A stretch of DNA of 63,565 nt, filler included, from Trypethelium eluteriae (Eukaryota): NCBI GenBank assembly GCA_051942245.1. It is 4 parts of 4 records of this genome, joined end to end, with 100 filler letters (N's around TTAATTAATTAA, not from the genome) between each part and the next. Parts side by side here need not be neighbours in the genome. Positions count along the whole stretch, not along the records: positions 47,813 to 63,565 come from JAVECL010000641.1; 3 more parts are not named here. One strand, 5' to 3'. The stretch's first letter is position 1, and every line of letters starts with the position of its first letter. This document shows, one piece after another, positions 62,014 to 63,565 of the stretch. The translations under genes and the position numbers were made by a program. The notes beneath the pieces are model-generated. The model was not told where the DNA came from. It did no database searches and was given only the letters and a program-made list of their open reading frames with translations.

Positions 62014-63565
62014 ATGACCTCCCCACCTCCGAATTCCACCAAACGCAACTACCACCGGGCTTCCTCTATCGCAGATCGGGTCCGATACAATCTAGATCCC
62101 TTCATTGGCAGACCTCTCAGACAGGCAAGCCGAACCTGGTGGTGGAGGGATGCTCGCCAGTTCTCAGCATCATGGCGGCTGGCACGCATCTTCAGCATTT
62201 CTAATGTCTTAATTTACCTATGGATGTTCGTGTGCTATTGGGGAGAGCGCTCGACGTTCAACCATCACATTGAAGCTTGTGAATGGGGTAATTGGGAACA
62301 ATGGGTATTGCATCCCTACACCGCACTACCGAAAGTGTTCTGCATGACCAGGTGTTAACCAGCTGTACAGCCCGCCGAAGCGAACCCACATCATCTCGTG
62401 TTTGTCGCGGACCCTCAGCTAGTTGATCCTCATACGTATCCAGGCCGGCCATGGCCTCTATCTACAGCGACTGTGCGATACACCGATCTCTACCTTCAGC
62501 GCGCATTCTCTCGCATGCAATATGACCTATACCCGGATACTATAATTTTCCTTGGAGACCTGTTCGATGGCGGCCGTGAATGGTCTACGTATCAGAGTGA
62601 AAGCCCGGAGAAGGAATGGCACAAATATGGAGAAGACTTCTGGCTGCAGGAATACGACCGCTTTGGGCGATTGTTCTTCACCCACTGGATCGACGCAGGC
62701 ATTGCGGCCAGGCCTGGACAGCCTGGGCGCAAACTCATTGCGAGTCTCCCTGGAAACCATGACCTTGGCTTTGGAGCGGGCATACAGCAGCCCGTAAGAG
62801 CAAGATTTAATGCATATTTTGGTGAAGGAAATAGGGTAGATGTATTTGGCAATCACACCTTTATTTCTGTAGACACAGTCTCCCTGTCAGCCATGGATGA
62901 CCCACAAACAGATCCCGCCATTTGGTCACCCACCGAGGCATTTTTAACCGGCGTGCGCGATGCTAAGCGACGTGCTGCCGGAAAAGAGTTGCGATTGCAG
63001 GCTGGGAAAACTTCAACGGGGCGGTTTGTACACAAAGTCACAGACACCGATACTACGTATCCTATCCTCAAGTCCGACGACGTCACCGAATTTCCAACTG
63101 TACTCCTTTCTCATGTACCTTTGTACAGAGCAGAAGGGACACCGTGTGGCCCGCAACGGGAGCGTTGGCCTCCATCTCCAGAAGCATGGCCAACTGCACC
63201 TGGAAAGAAGACACCAGAGCACTCGCCAGTCTACGATGAGCGCAATGCAATTCGCGTAGCAGCAGGATACCAATACCAGAACGTCCTCACGCCCGAAATC
63301 AGCCAGGACATCACGAAACGCATCGGCGACGTGAGCTACGCCTTCAGCGGCGACGATCACGACTACTGCGAAGTCGTGCACCGCAGCTACCCCAACGCTG
63401 GCAGCGGCATCCGCGAAATCACCGTCAAAAGCCTCAGCTGGGCCATGGGCGTCCGCCGCCCCGGCTTCGTCATGCTCAGCCTCTGGAACCCCGTCGACGC
63501 GCTGGGCAACAGCATTGGCAACGCCGACCAGCCCACCCTGCAAACCCACCTCTGCCTCCTCCCCG
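62014..63565 (+). CDS. CDC1: Cdc1-like Mn-dependent metallophosphoesterase (GPI remodelling), 3'-partial
   Basis: Intron at 62305-62370. Exon 2, missed by the ORF track, reads VADPQLVDPHTYPGRPWPL, LGDLFDGGREW, PGNHD, SHVP and FSGDDHD, and is open to the contig end. Confidence 0.88.

Noticed and set aside
1..63565. tRNA, rRNA, CRISPR arrays and prokaryotic operons
   Set aside because: None were recognised by eye and the DNA is intron-containing eukaryotic sequence. tRNAscan/Rfam would be needed to exclude small RNAs.

Overview
This is filamentous ascomycete (Pezizomycotina) genomic DNA with short GT-AG introns and CTAAC/CTGAC branch sites. It is not one locus. Four complete contigs (15911, 15823, 15778 and 15753 bp, in descending size order) are joined by identical 100-bp N44-TTAATTAATTAA-N44 linkers, so gene order across linkers is meaningless. 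Contig 1 carries an RGS-LOV blue-light photoreceptor, a conserved hypothetical protein and a >2100-aa disordered Trp/poly-Lys repeat protein. Contig 2 has transposon and ankyrin relics, an orphan membrane protein, Lap4/Ape1 aminopeptidase, Glc8/inhibitor-2, a catalytically degenerate alpha/beta hydrolase, CipC and Syg1 (SPX-EXS). Contig 3 has a block of orphan genes and ACC1. Contig 4 has an AAA-ATPase fragment, an MBOAT gene bracketed by a ~155-bp direct repeat, a GPI-type S41 peptidase, a B-box/MIM1 ANCHR-like protein, TVP23, a divergent enoyl-reductase/PnbB-like lyase pair and Cdc1 phosphoesterase. The best leads are the reductase/PnbB pair, the Trp/poly-Lys repeat scaffold, the RGS-LOV protein, the repeat-flanked MBOAT segment and a recurrent C-rich to G-rich skew switch at gene 3' ends. 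Gene models were spliced by hand and family calls come from motif recognition; no database searches were run.
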